Origin: a virus
Taxonomy: Duplodnaviria; Heunggongvirae; Uroviricota; Caudoviricetes
IMG/VR virus record: IMGVR_UViG_2802429219_000018
Length of the DNA stretch: 7,738 nt
Reading direction: 5' to 3' (one strand)
The notes beneath the pieces are model-generated. The model did no database searches and was not told the origin of the DNA. It saw nothing but the letters and a program-made list of their open reading frames with translations. Numbering within the stretch: position 1 is the first letter of the stretch; each line of letters opens with the position of its first letter. Positions 5,640 to 7,738 of this stretch are shown piece by piece. A program made the translations under genes and the position numbers.

Positions 5640-6395
5640 CTACGATTTAATTGATTTATTGGCTTCAGCAAACTTTGCTTCCAGCGTTCTTGAACTCATC
5701 CCCGGCTTACCTTCAAAATGTCCCAATAAATTACTAATAATAGAGCTTTGATTTTCGAATACAGATTGCTTAATACCAGCAGGTGAACGCCCTAACATTA
5801 GAAAAAGCAACCCTCCAATAATGTTTAAATATGTTGTTTCAGAACGTTGGTCAATGTTTTGCACGGAGTTATCAACCATTCGTCGTAGTGAATCACGTTC
5901 CCCTTGTAATTCGGAAATTTCATTTTTCTGCTGTTGGAAAGTCTTCATAGCATTATCTAAGCGAATATTAAGACGTTTGTTTTCAGCCTGAAGAGTTTGA
6001 TATGCCTCGACTGTAATTCCAGCATGTAACTGCTGCTCAACAGCATCAAAAAGGAAAGCTGGTTTTTGGTTGGGATAGTTTTTTGACATCCATGATTTCA
6101 GATCGGAATGGCGGACGGTTAAACGGTGCTTAGCAACCTGTTCTCCAGGTTGAACAGTTTTACCATCACGGCCATAAGGAATTTCACAATTATGGATTGC
6201 ATCTAAAATTTTCTCAGCATTAACACGCAAGCAAGGCCATTGAGGGAACATTCCAACGCTAGGTAAAACTCCATCTCCCACTCGCTCCAATATTAAAACT
6301 TCATGAGCAATTAAATTACACCAACGTAGCGCCGCTTCAATTGGAGTGTAATATGCCTTTTCAAGAGAACTACAGCTTTTTGAATTGTAAGTCAC
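5640..6395 (-). CDS. Hypothetical 251-aa cargo protein. It has an N-terminal globular domain, a central coiled-coil-like segment (QTLQAENKRLNIRLDNAMKTFQQQKNEISELQGERDSLRR) and a hydrophobic stretch (YLNIIGGLLFLMLG) that could be a transmembrane or amphipathic helix.
   Basis: It starts on GTG with a GAGGT SD 8 nt upstream and has no internal ATG nearby. The gene is visibly AT-richer than the flanking int and alpA-side genes. Confidence 0.7.
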   Translation of the reverse strand: MTYNSKSCSSLEKAYYTPIEAALRWCNLIAHEVLILERVGDGVLPSVGMFPQWPCLRVNAEKILDAIHNCEIPYGRDGKTVQPGEQVAKHRLTVRHSDLKSWMSKNYPNQKPAFLFDAVEQQLHAGITVEAYQTLQAENKRLNIRLDNAMKTFQQQKNEISELQGERDSLRRMVDNSVQNIDQRSETTYLNIIGGLLFLMLGRSPAGIKQSVFENQSSIISNLLGHFEGKPGMSSRTLEAKFAEANKSIKS

Positions 6396-6523
6396 TCTGT
6401 GCTACCTCGCACCCTCTGTAAAAGTGGCTGTGCCAGCCCGCAGAGGTGTACGGGTTTTCAGGAGCGACCCTAGACACAGCCTTTTCTTAATCGCTCAAAG
6501 TCTACTACTGTATACTCAACCAG

Positions 6524-7738
6524 TCACCCGCATTTTCCGAACTCACCATGCACCACATTTCCGCCATGCTCGAGCGAATCCATATAATCGGCGTACCACT
6601 GAAGCATTTCCCGCCGTCCATCCAGATATTGCGCATGGTTGTATGTGCCACGAATTGAGTTTTTATCGACGTGTGCGAGCTGCGTCTCTATCCATGCGGT
6701 GTTATAGCCCTGCTCATGCAAAATGGTGCTCATGGTGTGCCGGAATCCATGACCAGTAACCTTTCCGTTATAGCCGATGCGTTTAAATACTTGGTTTATG
6801 CTAGCCTCGCTCATTGTTTTCCTTGGATCATTACGGCCGGGAAACATAAGCGGATAATTGCCAGTTAATTCTTTAATCTGCCCAATAAGAGAAAGAGCCT
6901 GCTTAGACAAAGGCACCACATGAGGGCGACGCATTTTCATCCGTGAAGCAGGTATCTCCCAGATAGCCTTGTTGAGATCGATTTCATCCCATAATGCACC
7001 GCGCAGTTCGCCAGTTCGCAAACCAGTGATAATCAGTAGACGAGCCGCCATAACAACCAATGCACTTCCTGAGTAACTGGACAATGCCTTGAAAAAATCA
7101 GGCAATTCTTTGGCTGTGAGGAAAGGATAATGATTAGATTCATGGCCTTGCATCGCGCTAGTAAGATCTGGGGCAGGGTTATACTCTGCGCGACCAGTGA
7201 CTATTGCATAGCGGAAAACTTCCCCACACCGCTGCCTCACTTTTTTGGCTTTTTCTGTAGCACCGCGCCCCTCGATGCGTCGCAGCACATTCAGAAGTTC
7301 AAGTGGTTTGATTTCGGCGATTGGTTTTTTGCCAATGTAAGGGAACACATCTTTGTTGAAGGCTTCGAGGATGTCTGAAGCATAACCAGCAGACCATTTT
7401 TTTAATTTGCTGCTGTGCCACTCAAGGGCAATATCTTTGAAGGTGTTGTTTAACTGCGTTTCCCGGGCAATCTTTTCCTCTCGTTTCGCTTCCATCGGAT
7501 CGATACCCCCAGCGATACCCCTTTTAGCTTCTTCACGTTTTGCACGAGCATCAGCCAAGGTAACTTCAGGATACACACCTAGTGCTAACAGCTTCTCTTT
7601 ACCAGCTACACGATACTTGAAGCGCCAATATTTTCCTCCACTAGGTTTTACCAAGAGATACAGACCACCACCATCAGCCAGCTTGTAAGCCTTCTCTTTT
7701 GGCTTGGCAGTGTCTATTTGACGGGCATTGAGTTTCAC
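6524..7738 (-). CDS. int: P4-family tyrosine integrase. The start lies at or just beyond the right window edge.
   Basis: The N-terminal domain (KLNARQIDTAKPKEKAYKLADGGGLYLLVKPSGGKYWRFKYR) matches the P4-integrase arm-binding pattern. The C-terminus has HGFRHT (H-x-x-R) and GTYNHAQYL, which carries the tyrosine nucleophile. The first codon in the window is a GTG at 7738..7736. Confidence 0.9.
   Translation of the reverse strand: MKLNARQIDTAKPKEKAYKLADGGGLYLLVKPSGGKYWRFKYRVAGKEKLLALGVYPEVTLADARAKREEAKRGIAGGIDPMEAKREEKIARETQLNNTFKDIALEWHSSKLKKWSAGYASDILEAFNKDVFPYIGKKPIAEIKPLELLNVLRRIEGRGATEKAKKVRQRCGEVFRYAIVTGRAEYNPAPDLTSAMQGHESNHYPFLTAKELPDFFKALSSYSGSALVVMAARLLIITGLRTGELRGALWDEIDLNKAIWEIPASRMKMRRPHVVPLSKQALSLIGQIKELTGNYPLMFPGRNDPRKTMSEASINQVFKRIGYNGKVTGHGFRHTMSTILHEQGYNTAWIETQLAHVDKNSIRGTYNHAQYLDGRREMLQWYADYMDSLEHGGNVVHGEFGKCG

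Noticed and set aside
6396-6523. Possible hairpins (GGCTG tgc CAGCC; CCCG...CGGG + TTTTC) between the integrase stop and the 251-aa gene start
   Set aside because: The stems are 4-5 bp with weak tails. This region more likely holds the promoter and SD of the 251-aa gene. It is not strong enough to call a terminator.
6424-7688. Plus-strand ORFs 6424..6759, 6671..6868, 7130..7378 and 7407..7688 antisense to the integrase
   Set aside because: They are shadow ORFs within a well-supported integrase CDS.

Overview
The window reads as the replication and regulation core of a P4-like phage satellite (phage-inducible chromosomal island) of an enterobacterial host. Apart from one plus-strand gene, all genes are on the minus strand. 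Going leftward from the right edge: a P4-family tyrosine integrase (6524..7738) that starts at or just past the window edge. An AT-rich 251-aa cargo gene of unknown function (5640..6395). An AlpA/Vis-family small regulator (5328..5525), with two 16-bp perfect palindromes in phase upstream of it. An AntA/AntB-type antirepressor-domain protein (4450..5250). A plus-strand ribbon-helix-helix-like small regulator (3880..4182), followed by a GC-rich terminator (4402..4434). A divergent promoter region holding five copies of a GTGAGATATACAT-like operator motif (3758..3860). A translationally coupled five-gene minus-strand operon (3665 down to 478): an Icd/Kil-like 67-aa protein, a 122-aa and a 66-aa paralog pair built on a triplicated ~45-aa module, a basic 96-aa protein, and a 712-aa P4 alpha-like replication protein with Walker A/B helicase motifs and a GTG start overlapping the upstream stop. 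A dense cluster of TGAGACAAC iterons with AT-rich spacers downstream of that replication gene (about 120..470), read as a crr/ori-like origin. The leads most worth follow-up are the protein-based immunity/derepression module (RHH repressor, operator array, AntA antirepressor) sitting where P4 carries its RNA immunity, the AT-rich cargo gene in the int-alpA slot, and the triplicated small-protein module upstream of the replication gene. No rRNA, tRNA or CRISPR features were found. Functional assignments rest on motifs and gene order read by eye; no database search was possible.
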